A stretch of DNA of 64,000 nt from an uncultured Acidobacteriota bacterium (GTDB taxonomy: Bacteria > Acidobacteriota > Thermoanaerobaculia > UBA5066), in contig CAVZYA010000001.1 in NCBI GenBank assembly GCA_963779415.1, positions 1,024,001 to 1,088,000 on the forward strand, given 5' to 3'. This document shows, piece after piece, positions 28,992 to 39,105 of this stretch (within the stretch, counting starts at the first letter, position 1; each line of letters begins with the position of its first letter). The position numbers were made by a program, and so were the translations under genes. Under the pieces are notes generated by a model. It was not told the DNA's origin. It was given only the letters and a program-made list of their open reading frames with translations, and made no database searches.

Positions 28992-29903
28992 GTGAGCACG
29001 AAGCTCCCCTCGTTCCAGCCGAATCCGGACCGGCCGCTCTACCGCGTCACCCCCCGGCCGGAATGGCTGAAGATCCGGATCGAGGAGACCGGAGATTACC
29101 GGGAGGTCCGGGAGCTTCTCGCGAAGAGGAAGCTCAACACCGTCTGCGAGGAAGCCGAGTGCCCGAACCTCTTCGAGTGCTGGGGACGCGAGCGGACGGC
29201 GACGTTTCTGCTCATGGGGGACGTCTGCACCCGGCATTGCGGCTTCTGTGCGGTGACCCAGGGGAGCGGGCGTCCGCTCGACCCCGACGAGCCGCGGCGC
29301 GTGGCCGACGCCGTCCAGGCGATGGGGGTCCGCCACGCCGTCGTCACCTCGGTGAACCGGGACGAGCTTCCGGACGGGGGCGCCGCGCACTTTGCCGCCA
29401 CGATCCGGGAGATCCGCGCCCGAGTCCCCGGGGTCACCGTCGAGGCGCTGATCCCCGATTTCCTCGGGAGCGAGGCGGCGCTGAAGACGGTTCTCGACGA
29501 ACGCCCCGAGGTGCTGAACCACAATCTCGAGACGGTCGAGCGGCTCTACCGCCGCGTCCGCCCGGACGCGGTCTACGCGCGGTCGCTGGAGCTGCTGCGC
29601 CGGGCGGCCGAGAGGGGAGACGAAGAGGAGAATTCCTTGAAAGTGAAGAGCGGCTTGATGGTCGGCCTCGGCGAGTCGAGGGACGAAATCGAGGCGACGC
29701 TGTGCGACCTCCAGGCCTCGGGCGTTGATGTCGTGACGATCGGCCAGTATCTCCAGCCGCACGCCCGCCGCCTGCCGATCGAGCGGTACGTCACGCCGGA
29801 GGAGTTCCGGGAGCTGAAGGAGTTCGGGGAGGGGATCGGAATCCGCCTCGTGGAGTCAGGCCCGCTGGTCAGGTCGAGTTACCACGCCCGAAGGGCGCTT
29901 TGA
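28992..29903 (+). CDS. lipA: Lipoyl synthase
   Basis: [39 protein letters not shown]. Confidence 0.98.
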   Translation: MSTKLPSFQPNPDRPLYRVTPRPEWLKIRIEETGDYREVRELLAKRKLNTVCEEAECPNLFECWGRERTATFLLMGDVCTRHCGFCAVTQGSGRPLDPDEPRRVADAVQAMGVRHAVVTSVNRDELPDGGAAHFAATIREIRARVPGVTVEALIPDFLGSEAALKTVLDERPEVLNHNLETVERLYRRVRPDAVYARSLELLRRAAERGDEEENSLKVKSGLMVGLGESRDEIEATLCDLQASGVDVVTIGQYLQPHARRLPIERYVTPEEFRELKEFGEGIGIRLVESGPLVRSSYHARRAL

Positions 29904-29907
29904 GAGG

Positions 29908-30141
29908 TCATTCTCCGTCGTTACCGATCGCCTCGACCGGGCAGGAGTCCAGCGCCTCCTGGCACTGCGCTTCCTCTTCCGGGGTCTCGGCCGCCTTGAA
30001 GACGTAGGAGTAACCCTTCTCCTCGTTCCTCTTGAAGTTGTTCGGCGCCGTCACCCGGCAGACGTCGCAGTCGATGCACTGGGTGTCGACATAGAACTTC
30101 CCGGCGGCGTTGTCCTCGTACTTGTCGTCTTTGTTCGCCAT
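29908..30141 (-). CDS. Single-cluster ferredoxin
   Basis: MANKDDKY..CIDCDVC..CPVEAIG, 77 aa. Confidence 0.92.
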   Translation of the reverse strand: MANKDDKYEDNAAGKFYVDTQCIDCDVCRVTAPNNFKRNEEKGYSYVFKAAETPEEEAQCQEALDSCPVEAIGNDGE

Positions 30142-30169
30142 GGCGCGGGAAGATACCATGCGCCTCCCG

Positions 30170-30535
30170 ATGAGAAGAAGACTCCGGCTCGTCCGCGTGC
30201 TTCCCGCAGGGGCGGCGCTCCTCGCCGTCGCGTGCGGGCCATCGGATCCGGGCGAGAGGGTCTGGATGCGTAAATGCTCGGCCTGCCATGGTCGCGAGGG
30301 GCGCGGCGACACGCGTTTCGCGGCGGGGCGGCCCTTCGCCGTCCTGACCGACGACCTCTGGAAGCACGGCGGCGACCTCGCCTCCATCCGCCTGCTCGTC
30401 GCCAGCGGCGATCCGGGGAGCCAGATGCCCCCCTTCGAAGGGCGCCTGTCGCCCGAGGAGATCGACGCCGTGTCGCGGCATGTCCTCACGCTCTGGGCCC
30501 GCGCGCACGGGACGCCCGTGCCGGAGGCGAAGTGA
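30170..30535 (+). CDS. Monoheme c-type cytochrome, probable lipoprotein
   Basis: LAVAC lipobox-like, CSACH heme motif, distal QMPPF. Confidence 0.85.
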   Translation: MRRRLRLVRVLPAGAALLAVACGPSDPGERVWMRKCSACHGREGRGDTRFAAGRPFAVLTDDLWKHGGDLASIRLLVASGDPGSQMPPFEGRLSPEEIDAVSRHVLTLWARAHGTPVPEAK

Positions 30536-31197
30536 GCGGATTCCGTCGGCTCCCCCTCTTTCCTCTTTCGGGCGTCGTCTTCCTCCCGGAGACGACGCTC
30601 CCGCTCCACGTCTTCGAGCCCCGCTACCGCGCGATGCTCTCGGACGTCCTCGCCGGAGAGAAGCTGATCGGCGTCCACCTTCTCGCACCCGACGCGGCGC
30701 CGGATCCAGCCGGGCGTCCGGCCGTCCATCCGGTCGGATGCGCGGGCGAGATCGTCGAGCACGAGCCGCTCGAGGACGGGCGCTCGAACATCGTCCTTTA
30801 CGGGCTCTTCCGCTACCGGATCGACCGCGAAGATCCCGCCGTAAAGCCGTACCGGATCGCCGAGGTGACGCCCCTCCCCGTCGTCCCGCTCCCCGACGCC
30901 CCGGGCGCTCCCGCCGCGGCGCGCCGGATCCGTCTCGTCTCCGAGGTCGGAAGGCTCGCCGAGGCCGTCGGCCGGCCGCAGGCGAGGGAGCTTCCGGAAG
31001 GCCTCTCCGAGGAAGGGCTCGTGAACGAGATCCTCCTCCGGCTCGGCATCGACGCCGAGGACGGATACCGCCTCCTCGAGATGGACCGGCTGGAGGAGCG
31101 GTACGCATGGGCGGAACAGCTCGTCACCTCGATGACGCGGCGGATCGAGCTTCTGGCGCCGTACCGGCCGCCCGGGATGGAGCCCCGCTGGAACTGA
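30532..31197 (+). CDS. Stand-alone Lon N-terminal substrate-binding domain protein
   Basis: LPLFPL..LPLHVFEPRYR..DGRSNI; GTGA overlap. Confidence 0.9.
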   Translation: MSGFRRLPLFPLSGVVFLPETTLPLHVFEPRYRAMLSDVLAGEKLIGVHLLAPDAAPDPAGRPAVHPVGCAGEIVEHEPLEDGRSNIVLYGLFRYRIDREDPAVKPYRIAEVTPLPVVPLPDAPGAPAAARRIRLVSEVGRLAEAVGRPQARELPEGLSEEGLVNEILLRLGIDAEDGYRLLEMDRLEERYAWAEQLVTSMTRRIELLAPYRPPGMEPRWN

Positions 31198-31198
31198 C

Positions 31199-32689
31199 TC
31201 AGGCCTTCGAGGCCGGCATCGCGCGGTCGTGCGCCCAGCTCTTGATCGCCTTGAGCTGCTCGTCCATCGTCTTCGAGAGCGGGACGCTCGCGCTGATGAT
31301 CCGCGAGAGGTCGTCCTCCGTCATCGGCCTCCCCTCGTTGTAGGCGTCCACCGCGGCCGACTGGACGATCGACTCGATCTCGGCCCCGTTGAAGCCGACG
31401 GTGGCCTTGGCGAGAAACACGATGTCGAACTTGTTCAGGTTCACGCCGCGCTTCTTCAGGTGGACCGCGAAGATGGACTTTCGCTCGGTCTCCGTCGGCA
31501 GGTCGATGAAGAAGACCTGGTCGAAACGCCCCTTGCGGATCACCTCGGCCGGAAGGAGGTGAATCCGGTTCGCCGTCGCGGCGACGAAGACGAGGGCGTT
31601 CTTCTCCTGCATCCACGTGAGGAACGTCGAGAAGATCCGGCCGAGCGACGCGTCGCCGCTCCCCGCCTCGCGCCCCGAGGTGATCGCCATCTCGAGCTCG
31701 TCGATCCAGAGGACGGCCGGGGCCATCGCCTCCACGGACTTCAGGGCGCGGTGGAACGTCGCCTCGGGATTCTCCGTCCCGAAGACGAGGTTCATGTCGA
31801 GACGGAAGAGGGGAAGGTTCCAGAGCGCCGAGATCGCCTTGACGGAGAGCGACTTTCCGCACCCCGACATCCCCATCATGAGGATTCCCTTCGGCACCGG
31901 GAGGCCGGCGTCCAGGGCCTCCTTCGTGAAGAGGGAGCGCCTCTTCGTCAGCCATTCCTTGAGGTTCTCGAGGCCGCCGATGTCGTCGATCGTGAAGCGG
32001 GGCGGGACGAACTCCAGCACCCCTTCCTTCTTGGAGGCCTGCTCCTTCTCCGCGAGGATCTCGAAGTAGGCCTCCTCGTCGAAGACCGGACGGCGCGAGA
32101 AGACCTTCGAGACCGTGTGCTCGATCTCGTCCGACGTCAGCCCCTTGAGGCCCATCGCGAGGCGTTTCGCCTCGGCCTCCGGAAGGCCGGCCTCGCCGAA
32201 GGTCCTCTTCGCGAGAGCGTTCAGGATGAAGAGGATCTCGACGTCGTCGGGAAGGTCATACTCGACGAGGTGCACTTCCTTCTTCAGGTCCTCGGGGAGG
32301 ATCAGGCGCGGCGAGGAGAGGATGACGAACTTCCCGCGCCCCTTGAGCTGCCGGTAGGCGTCGCGCAGGCGCCGGACGACGTCGGGGCGCACCGCGATCT
32401 GCGCGGGGAGGTCCTTCATCAGGAAGAAGGCGGGGCCGGCGAACGCGAGGATCGCGTCGAGCGCCTTCAGGGCGTCCGCCGTGTCGGGCCATCTCTCGGC
32501 ACCGGCAGAGACGCCGTCGACGCAGGTCCAGGCGAAGAACGGCACCGGCCGCTCGTAGAACTTCTGCGCGAGCGCGGTCACGGCCCGCTCGAGGCGTCCT
32601 TCCTCCCACGACTGGACGTAGACGATCGGGTACCCTCCGAGGAGAGCCCGCCGGATCCTCTCCGGTCCGCGGATGGGGACGTCCGCCAT
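31199..32689 (-). CDS. AAA+ ATPase, Ycf46-like
   Basis: IVYVQSWEE.R N-domain, IGGLENLKEWL, GMSGCGKS, WIDELE, ATAN..RKGRFD, IKSWA. Confidence 0.9.
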   Translation of the reverse strand: MADVPIRGPERIRRALLGGYPIVYVQSWEEGRLERAVTALAQKFYERPVPFFAWTCVDGVSAGAERWPDTADALKALDAILAFAGPAFFLMKDLPAQIAVRPDVVRRLRDAYRQLKGRGKFVILSSPRLILPEDLKKEVHLVEYDLPDDVEILFILNALAKRTFGEAGLPEAEAKRLAMGLKGLTSDEIEHTVSKVFSRRPVFDEEAYFEILAEKEQASKKEGVLEFVPPRFTIDDIGGLENLKEWLTKRRSLFTKEALDAGLPVPKGILMMGMSGCGKSLSVKAISALWNLPLFRLDMNLVFGTENPEATFHRALKSVEAMAPAVLWIDELEMAITSGREAGSGDASLGRIFSTFLTWMQEKNALVFVAATANRIHLLPAEVIRKGRFDQVFFIDLPTETERKSIFAVHLKKRGVNLNKFDIVFLAKATVGFNGAEIESIVQSAAVDAYNEGRPMTEDDLSRIISASVPLSKTMDEQLKAIKSWAHDRAMPASKA

Positions 32690-32726
32690 CGCATAGAATG
32701 TAACAGGTAAGGAGTGGACAGCGGTC

Positions 32727-34274
32727 GTGGCGAATCCGGAACACGTCGAACATCTGAAAAACCCCGAATGGAACGCTTGGCGGACCGAGCACCCGGGCGT
32801 CACCCCGGACCTGACGGACACTCTCCTTTCCGAGCTCGACCTTCAGGGCCGGAACCTCTCTGGAGCGGACCTCTCGCGGACGAAGATCGAGGGGACGAAC
32901 CTCGACGGAAGCGTCCTGACGAGAGCGATCCTTCAGGGCGCCTCCCTCCGGGGGTCGAGCCTCAACAGGGTCGACCTCTCCGACTGCGACCTCGACTTCC
33001 AGGTCCTCGAGAAGACCTCCCTCGTCGGTGCCGCCCTGCGGAACTGCTCGATCAAGAGCGCCACGATCCGGGAGGCCGACCTCTCGGCATGCGACCTGAC
33101 CGGCGCAAAGCTCGAGGGGACCGACTTCACCGCCACGAACTTCTCCTTCGGACGCCTTCTCTACGCGAATTTCCGCGGGGCCCACATCGACCGGTGCGTC
33201 TTCGAGGGAGCCGACCTCCAGCAGGCGATCTTCGACGGCGTGACCTACAAGGCGGGAAACTTCGCGAAGGCGAACCTCAAGCTCGCTTTCTTCCGCGATG
33301 CGAAGCTGACGGGAACCTCGTTCAAGCAGGCCGTTCTCAACCGGGCCGTCCTCCGTGGCTCGGATCTCCAGCGTTGCGATTTCAGCGGCGCGGATCTTTC
33401 CGAGACCGACTTCGAGCGCGCCCTTTCGGCCGGAGCCAACTTCACCGACACCATCCTCCGGAAGTTCTCGGCCCAGCGGGCCGACTTCAGGCAGTGCGTC
33501 TTCCTCGGCGCCATCTTCGAGGACGCCGACTTCACGGGCGCGTTCCTCGACAAGATCGACCTCCGGACGCCGAAGATCACGCCGTCGAACCCGAAGGCGA
33601 AGCCGCCCAACTTCTCACAGGCCCGGATGACCGACGCCCTCGGAGTCAGCGCGAACCTCAGGGGCTGCAATTTCACCGAGGCCGATCTGACGAACGCCGA
33701 CCTCTCCGAGGCGAACCTGGAAGGAGGCGTTCTCGTCCGGGCGCGGCTCGTCCGGACCGCGTTCCGCCGCGCGAACCTGAAGATGGCGCGGCTGACCGGG
33801 GCCACGGCGATCGGCGCCGACTTCTCCGGCACGAACATGGTCCGGGCAGAGGCCGAGGACGCCGATTTCTCCGAGGCCGATTTCCGCTTCGGACAGCTCG
33901 TCGGGGCGAAGTTGGTCGGCGCGAGCTTCAGGAACGCGAACCTCTCGCATTCCGATTTTTCGGAGGCGGAGCTGGGCGGTTCGTCGTTCATCGGAGCCCA
34001 GGGCGAGTCCGTCAAGTTCACCGGGCAGCTCCACCTCCGCCTCGTCCTCGCGGCCGGCGCCTTCATGAACGCCAAGAAAAAGGTCTCCAAAATCGTGGAA
34101 GGCCAGCGCGAAGTGGAGCGCCAGTCGCGCATCGCGGTGCTGGAGCGGAAGCTGGGCGACCGGGACCGGTCCGTCGCGGCACGAGAGGCTTCGGGCGAGA
34201 AGGAGAAGGAGCGGGAAAAGCGCCCCCGGACCAACGACGCCCGCCGCTCCGGCCTGGTCAGGAAGAAGAAGTAG
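32727..34274 (+). CDS. Long pentapeptide-repeat protein with basic helical tail
   Basis: MANPEH..WNAWR cap, about 400 aa of A(D/N)(L/F)xx repeats; AAGGAG RBS. Confidence 0.92.
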   Translation: MANPEHVEHLKNPEWNAWRTEHPGVTPDLTDTLLSELDLQGRNLSGADLSRTKIEGTNLDGSVLTRAILQGASLRGSSLNRVDLSDCDLDFQVLEKTSLVGAALRNCSIKSATIREADLSACDLTGAKLEGTDFTATNFSFGRLLYANFRGAHIDRCVFEGADLQQAIFDGVTYKAGNFAKANLKLAFFRDAKLTGTSFKQAVLNRAVLRGSDLQRCDFSGADLSETDFERALSAGANFTDTILRKFSAQRADFRQCVFLGAIFEDADFTGAFLDKIDLRTPKITPSNPKAKPPNFSQARMTDALGVSANLRGCNFTEADLTNADLSEANLEGGVLVRARLVRTAFRRANLKMARLTGATAIGADFSGTNMVRAEAEDADFSEADFRFGQLVGAKLVGASFRNANLSHSDFSEAELGGSSFIGAQGESVKFTGQLHLRLVLAAGAFMNAKKKVSKIVEGQREVERQSRIAVLERKLGDRDRSVAAREASGEKEKEREKRPRTNDARRSGLVRKKK

Positions 34275-35775
34275 CGGGCGTCACGGCCGGAGTCTTCGCC
34301 GGACTCCGCGATCGGGTCTTCTTGGGCGGCTTCGCCGCGGGCGTCGGCGCGGGCGTCGCGGCCGGAGCGGCGGCGGTCGGCGTCGCGGGCACCGTCGTCT
34401 TCGACTCCTTCCCCGCGTCGCGGATCCGGACCGCCTCCCGCTTCAGGTCCTCGAGGATCGCCGCCTCCATCAGGAGCGCGTCCGGGCGTCCCGAAACCTC
34501 CGCCGCCACGACGGGCGGCCCCTCGCCCGGCGCCGCCGGGAAGAACTTCACCGTCCGGGGCGAGGCGTCTCCCTCCTCGAGGACCTCTACCGTGGCGAGC
34601 GGAGGGGCTTTCGGCGCCGCGACGATGCCGCGGGAAGCGTAGTCCTTCCTCGCGACGAAGCCCCGGCTCTCGGCACGCGAGAGGACTCCGAGGAGAGCCT
34701 CCACCGCCGACGCGCCCACCGTGCGGTCCCCGGAGCGCCATTCGCCGTCCACCTTCTCGGCCCCGGCGCGAATGGTTCCCGCCTCGACCTGCACACGCTG
34801 TGTCCGGAAGACGTCGATCGGAAGAATCCGCGACTCGCGAAACGCCGAGAGCTCCTTGCCGATCTCCTCCTGAACGCGGTCGTCCACCACGACGACGAGA
34901 CCGTCGTCCTTCGCGTAGATCTTCCCGGTGGCGTCCGCCTTCGCGGCGCCGAAGGCGAGCGTCGCGACGGTCTCGGTCCCCTTCTGCAGCGTCACGAGGG
35001 CCGAGGGCGGCGCGAGAGAGATCCGCGCGAGGTCCGTCGCCGAGACCGCCGGAAACTCCGAGATCTGGGCCGCCGCGAGATCCGCGAGGAGCCGCTCGAC
35101 GAACGGTCCGTTCGCGAGGTCGGCGACGGGGCTCTCGATCCGCCACGAGGCGGCCGCCCCTTTCGCCGCCGAGCCGTCGCGGACGAGGACGATGCGCGTC
35201 GGGCCCTTCACGAGCACGATTCGCGTGATGTCGGCCGCGGGCGTCTCGAAGAGGCGCTTGCTGCGGTACTCGTTCAGCGGCTTCGAGAGAGCGGCGAGCG
35301 GGGCCGCCTTCACCGCCGCCATCCGCTTCCCGTCCGAGGCGGCGGTCCCGTCCGTGCCCGGGATCTCCTTCCCGAAGGAGACCGTCTCCTGCTCCCCGTC
35401 CTTCATCGTGAGGGTCGCCTTGCCCCGCGGCGCGTCGAGCCCGTACTCCTTCGGATCGAACTTCGAGAGCGGCTCGCCCACCATCTCCAGCCGGCCGAGG
35501 TCGGCGAGGAGCCCGTCGACGGAGAAGGCGTCGGCCGGGCTCGGGGGGTCGGCCTCGACGCGCCACCGGCCTCCGGCGTCTCTCTTCAGCTCCACCTTCG
35601 GGAGGTCGGGGCGCTCGATCAGGATCCGGGTGACGTCGTCGGCCTTGAAGTCGAGCAGGCGCTTCGCCTGCGCCGCGCGCTCCTCGGAGGTCGGCTGTTT
35701 TCGCTCGTAGAGGGCGACGAACGCGAAGAGCGCGAGGAAGACGGCGGTGAGGATCAGGAGCTTCCGGGTCGACAT
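34258..35775 (-). CDS. DUF4340-like membrane-anchored protein
   Basis: N-terminal TM, YGLDAP motif, repeated domain; follows the GldG-like gene. Confidence 0.78.
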   Translation of the reverse strand: MSTRKLLILTAVFLALFAFVALYERKQPTSEERAAQAKRLLDFKADDVTRILIERPDLPKVELKRDAGGRWRVEADPPSPADAFSVDGLLADLGRLEMVGEPLSKFDPKEYGLDAPRGKATLTMKDGEQETVSFGKEIPGTDGTAASDGKRMAAVKAAPLAALSKPLNEYRSKRLFETPAADITRIVLVKGPTRIVLVRDGSAAKGAAASWRIESPVADLANGPFVERLLADLAAAQISEFPAVSATDLARISLAPPSALVTLQKGTETVATLAFGAAKADATGKIYAKDDGLVVVVDDRVQEEIGKELSAFRESRILPIDVFRTQRVQVEAGTIRAGAEKVDGEWRSGDRTVGASAVEALLGVLSRAESRGFVARKDYASRGIVAAPKAPPLATVEVLEEGDASPRTVKFFPAAPGEGPPVVAAEVSGRPDALLMEAAILEDLKREAVRIRDAGKESKTTVPATPTAAAPAATPAPTPAAKPPKKTRSRSPAKTPAVTPATSSS

Positions 35776-35785
35776 CGGCGGCGCC

Positions 35786-37252
35786 TCAACTCCTCCGGCG
35801 GAACCAGATCGCGAGTCCGAGCGCGACGGCGAGGGCCGGAAGGACGAGGAGGACGACGAGCGCGAGCTGTCCGATGTCGCCCCGGGTGAGCGTGACGGCC
35901 ATCTGGTCCGTCGCGCGCGGCGGGATCGCGACGAGGCTCTCCCGCTCGAGCACCCAGTCGGCGGCGCCCGAGAGGAGATAGAGGTTCGCGGCGTTCGCGA
36001 CGCCGCCATTCGAGGCGAAGTCGGCGTCGCCGAAGACGACCATCCTCGTCTTCTTCGCGGGCTCTCCCGTCTTTTCTCCGGCGGCGCGGCTCCCCTCGAC
36101 GGCGACGGCGAGCGGGACGGGACCCTTGAGATCCTTGTCGTCCTTCTTCACCTCGACTTCGAGGTTCTTCAGGTCGGTCTCGCCCCATCCGTCCGGGGAG
36201 GTCTCCACGAGGATCGTGTCCGTGATCCCCGGCGGGAGCTTCTCCAGCGGGCTGACGGAGCGCGCCAGCGGGAAGACGACGGCCGATCCTTCGAGGAGCT
36301 TCGTGATCGCGTGCGGCCGGAACGTCCGGGCGAAGAGGGTGTCCGGCCCGAACATCGGGAGGGCGTTCTTCGGGTCGACGACGACGTCGTTCCCGAGCGT
36401 GACGCCGAAGTCCGAAAGGAGCGGCCCGAGCCCGAAGTCGGACTCCCGGCGCGGCGTGCCCGGAAGGAACTCGACGTCGAGGAAGAGGAGCGCACGCCCG
36501 CCGCCGTCGAGGTACCGCTCGAGCGCGGCGCGCTCGGGCTCGGTGAAGGCGCTTCGCGGCGCGGCCACCACGACGGCGTCGGTCCCGTCGGGCACCGCGG
36601 CGGCGCCGAGGCTCTGCCAGGGCTCGACCGTGCAGTTGTCCCGGCGGAGCGTGTCGGCCAGCGTGAAGAAGCCGTCGCGGCCCCGCCCGTCGAAGGCGCG
36701 CTCGCCGTGCCCCGTCGTGAAGAGGACCTTCGGCGAGTGCGACTGCGTGACGGAGAGGATCGCCGAGGTGAACTCCTGCTCTCCCTTGAAGGCCTTCATC
36801 GTCGGCTCGCCCCCCATCCGGGCGCGCGAGAAGTCGAACTCGGCGAGCTGGTCCTCGGTGACGTACTTCTTCTTCTCGCCCGACCGGAAGACGACCGTCC
36901 CCCCGCGGATCGAGAACTCCTTCACGAGCGCCTCGGCGCGGGCGCGGTTCCGGACCGGGTCGATCGTCTCCACGGAGAGCATCGCCGACTTCGCCTGGTA
37001 GCGGGCGAGGAGCTCCTTCGTCTCGCGGAAGAGCGGCGAGCCTTCCACCATGAAGACCGTCACCTGGACGGGCGTCTTCAGCTCCTTGAGGACCGCGAGC
37101 GACTTCGGAGAGAGCGAGTAGAGGCCGGATCGGGTCCAGTCGAACCGGGCGTAACGGCGCGAGCCGACGTAGTTCACGAGGATGAGGATCCCGAGGCCGA
37201 GGAGGATCGCGGCTCCGACGGTCGCGCGATAGACGTTTCGAGTGCCGTTCAT
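35786..37252 (-). CDS. GldG-like ABC auxiliary component
   Basis: RFDWTRSGLYSLS, GEQEFTSAI, TTGHGE, VVFGDADF, C-terminal TM and WFRRR. Confidence 0.88.
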   Translation of the reverse strand: MNGTRNVYRATVGAAILLGLGILILVNYVGSRRYARFDWTRSGLYSLSPKSLAVLKELKTPVQVTVFMVEGSPLFRETKELLARYQAKSAMLSVETIDPVRNRARAEALVKEFSIRGGTVVFRSGEKKKYVTEDQLAEFDFSRARMGGEPTMKAFKGEQEFTSAILSVTQSHSPKVLFTTGHGERAFDGRGRDGFFTLADTLRRDNCTVEPWQSLGAAAVPDGTDAVVVAAPRSAFTEPERAALERYLDGGGRALLFLDVEFLPGTPRRESDFGLGPLLSDFGVTLGNDVVVDPKNALPMFGPDTLFARTFRPHAITKLLEGSAVVFPLARSVSPLEKLPPGITDTILVETSPDGWGETDLKNLEVEVKKDDKDLKGPVPLAVAVEGSRAAGEKTGEPAKKTRMVVFGDADFASNGGVANAANLYLLSGAADWVLERESLVAIPPRATDQMAVTLTRGDIGQLALVVLLVLPALAVALGLAIWFRRRS

Positions 37253-37253
37253 C

Positions 37254-37991
37254 TCACTTCCCCTTGTTGACCTCGAGCGCCCGCGTCGCGAGGAAAAGGA
37301 AGAAGACGACGGTGGAGCCGACGTAGACGAGACGGCGCGTATCCACGATGCCGCGGGAGAAGTCGTCCATCTGGTCGAGGATGTTCAGGTAGGAGAGCGC
37401 GTCCCGGAGGTTCGCCGACGGGAGGAGGTCCCGGAAGATCCCGATGAGGAAGCTCCCGAGGATGATCGCGAAGGCGACGATCGCGGCCACGATCTGGTTC
37501 TTCGTCAGGGCGGACGCGAAGGTCCCGGCCGCAAGGAAAAGGGCCCCGACGAGCGCGATGCCGAGGTAACCCGCCGCCACCGGCCCGATGTCGAACCGGC
37601 CGTACCGGGAGAGGAGAAGCGGGTAGACCAGCGTCGGGAGGAAGAGGAAGAGGAAGAAGGACCACCCGCCGATGAACTTCCCCACGACGACGGTCGCCTC
37701 GGAGACCGGAGCCGTCAGCAGGCTCTCGATCGATCCGGTCTTCCGCTCCTCCGAGAGGAGGCGCATCGAGATGACCGACGAGACGATCATCAGGAAGATC
37801 CACTGGAAGACGTTCGTGAAGTAGAGCGACATCATCGCCGTGGACGAAGTCTCCGGCGCGTTCAGGGCGTTCACGAGGAGAACGAAGACCGAGCCGCTCA
37901 CGAGGAGAAAGGCCGTCAGGATGACGTAGGCGAGCGGGCTGACGAAGTACGACAGGAACTCCCGCTTGACGATCGCAACGAGCGCCCTCAC
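37254..37991 (-). CDS. GldF-like ABC-2 permease
   Basis: KREFLSYFVSPLAYV, SMRLLSEERKTGSIESLLTAP, TKNQIVA. Confidence 0.9.
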   Translation of the reverse strand: MRALVAIVKREFLSYFVSPLAYVILTAFLLVSGSVFVLLVNALNAPETSSTAMMSLYFTNVFQWIFLMIVSSVISMRLLSEERKTGSIESLLTAPVSEATVVVGKFIGGWSFFLFLFLPTLVYPLLLSRYGRFDIGPVAAGYLGIALVGALFLAAGTFASALTKNQIVAAIVAFAIILGSFLIGIFRDLLPSANLRDALSYLNILDQMDDFSRGIVDTRRLVYVGSTVVFFLFLATRALEVNKGK

Positions 37992-39011
37992 TCTGGTCCC
38001 TCCGTAAACGGCGGCATCTCGGCGGTCCGGGCCCGCTCCCTTGCGAGAGTTCCCGCCTCGTCCTCCGAAGCCGGCTCCTCGCGCGCGACGAGCCGGACGA
38101 AGACGTCCTCGAGGGACGCCTGCCGCGGGGTCATCTCGAGGAGTGTCCACCCGCGGGCGACCACCTCGCGGAAGACGGCCTCGCGGAGGTCGGCGCCCTC
38201 TGATCGACTCCAGAAGGACGCGCGTCTCGCCGGCGGCGCCGATCCGCGAGGCGTGGGCGACGCCCGGGATCTGCCGGAGCGCGACGTCCGCCTCGGAGAT
38301 CTCCCCCTTCAGGACGACGCCGAGCCCCGGATGCTGCGCCATCTCCTGCCGGAGCGTCTCCGGCGTCCCCTGCGCGACGATCTTCCCGCGGTCGATGATG
38401 AGGATCCGGTCGCAGAGAAGCTCGACCTCGGGAAGGATGTGCGTCGAGAGGAGGATCGTGTGGTCCTTCTTCAGGTCCCGGATCAGCTCGCGCACCTTCA
38501 TGATCTGGCGCGGATCGAGGCCCGACCGTCGGCTCGTCGAGGACGAGGACCATCGGGCCGGTGGACGAGCGCCGCCGGCGAGGCCGACCCGCTGCCGGTA
38601 GCCTTTCGAGAGGTTCCCGATCGGCTTGTCGGCGACGTCCGTCGACGAAGCAGGTCTCCAGCGCCTCGCCGACGCGCGACGCGGCGTCGCGGCGCGGAAC
38701 GCCGCAGAGGCGTCGCCCGGTACGCGACGTATTCGCGGACCCGCATCTCCGGATAGAGCGCGAGCGTCTCGGGGAGGTAGCCGAGATGGCGCTTGGCCTC
38801 GAGCGGCCTGGCGAGGACGTCGATGCCGGCCAGGGAGACCCGTCCCGCCGTCGGCGGCGAGGAACCCCGTGATCATCCGCATCGTGGTCGTCTTCCCGGC
38901 CCCGTTCGGTCCGAGGAAGCCGAGGATCTCGCCATCCTCGACGCGGAAGCTGACATCGTCGACGGCCGTTGTCCCGAAAAACGACTTCGTGAGACTCTCG
39001 ACTTCGAGCAT
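37988..39011 (-). CDS. GldA-like ABC ATP-binding protein (frameshifts)
   Basis: GPNGAGKTT, LSKGYRQRVGLA, LDEPT, STHILPEV split across frames. Confidence 0.88.
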
Positions 39012-39105
39012 CGTATGTTGGGCGCCGCAAGGGCCCTGGATCTTCGGATCCGGTCCGCGCCGCGGACGCGGTCGGAATATAGCAGGCGGCGGGTAAAGTG
39101 AGGGC

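Noticed and set aside
32800-34010. 15-bp periodicity as a DNA repeat array
   Set aside because: Explained by pentapeptide protein repeats.
37254-39011. Apparent ABC ATPase-permease fusion (585 aa)
   Set aside because: Produced by frameshifts in the ATPase gene; the permease has its own GTG start at 37991 with an RBS.
34258-39011. GldA/F/G-like cluster as evidence of gliding motility
   Set aside because: This ABC+DUF4340 cluster is widespread in non-gliding bacteria and no other Gld/T9SS genes are in the window.
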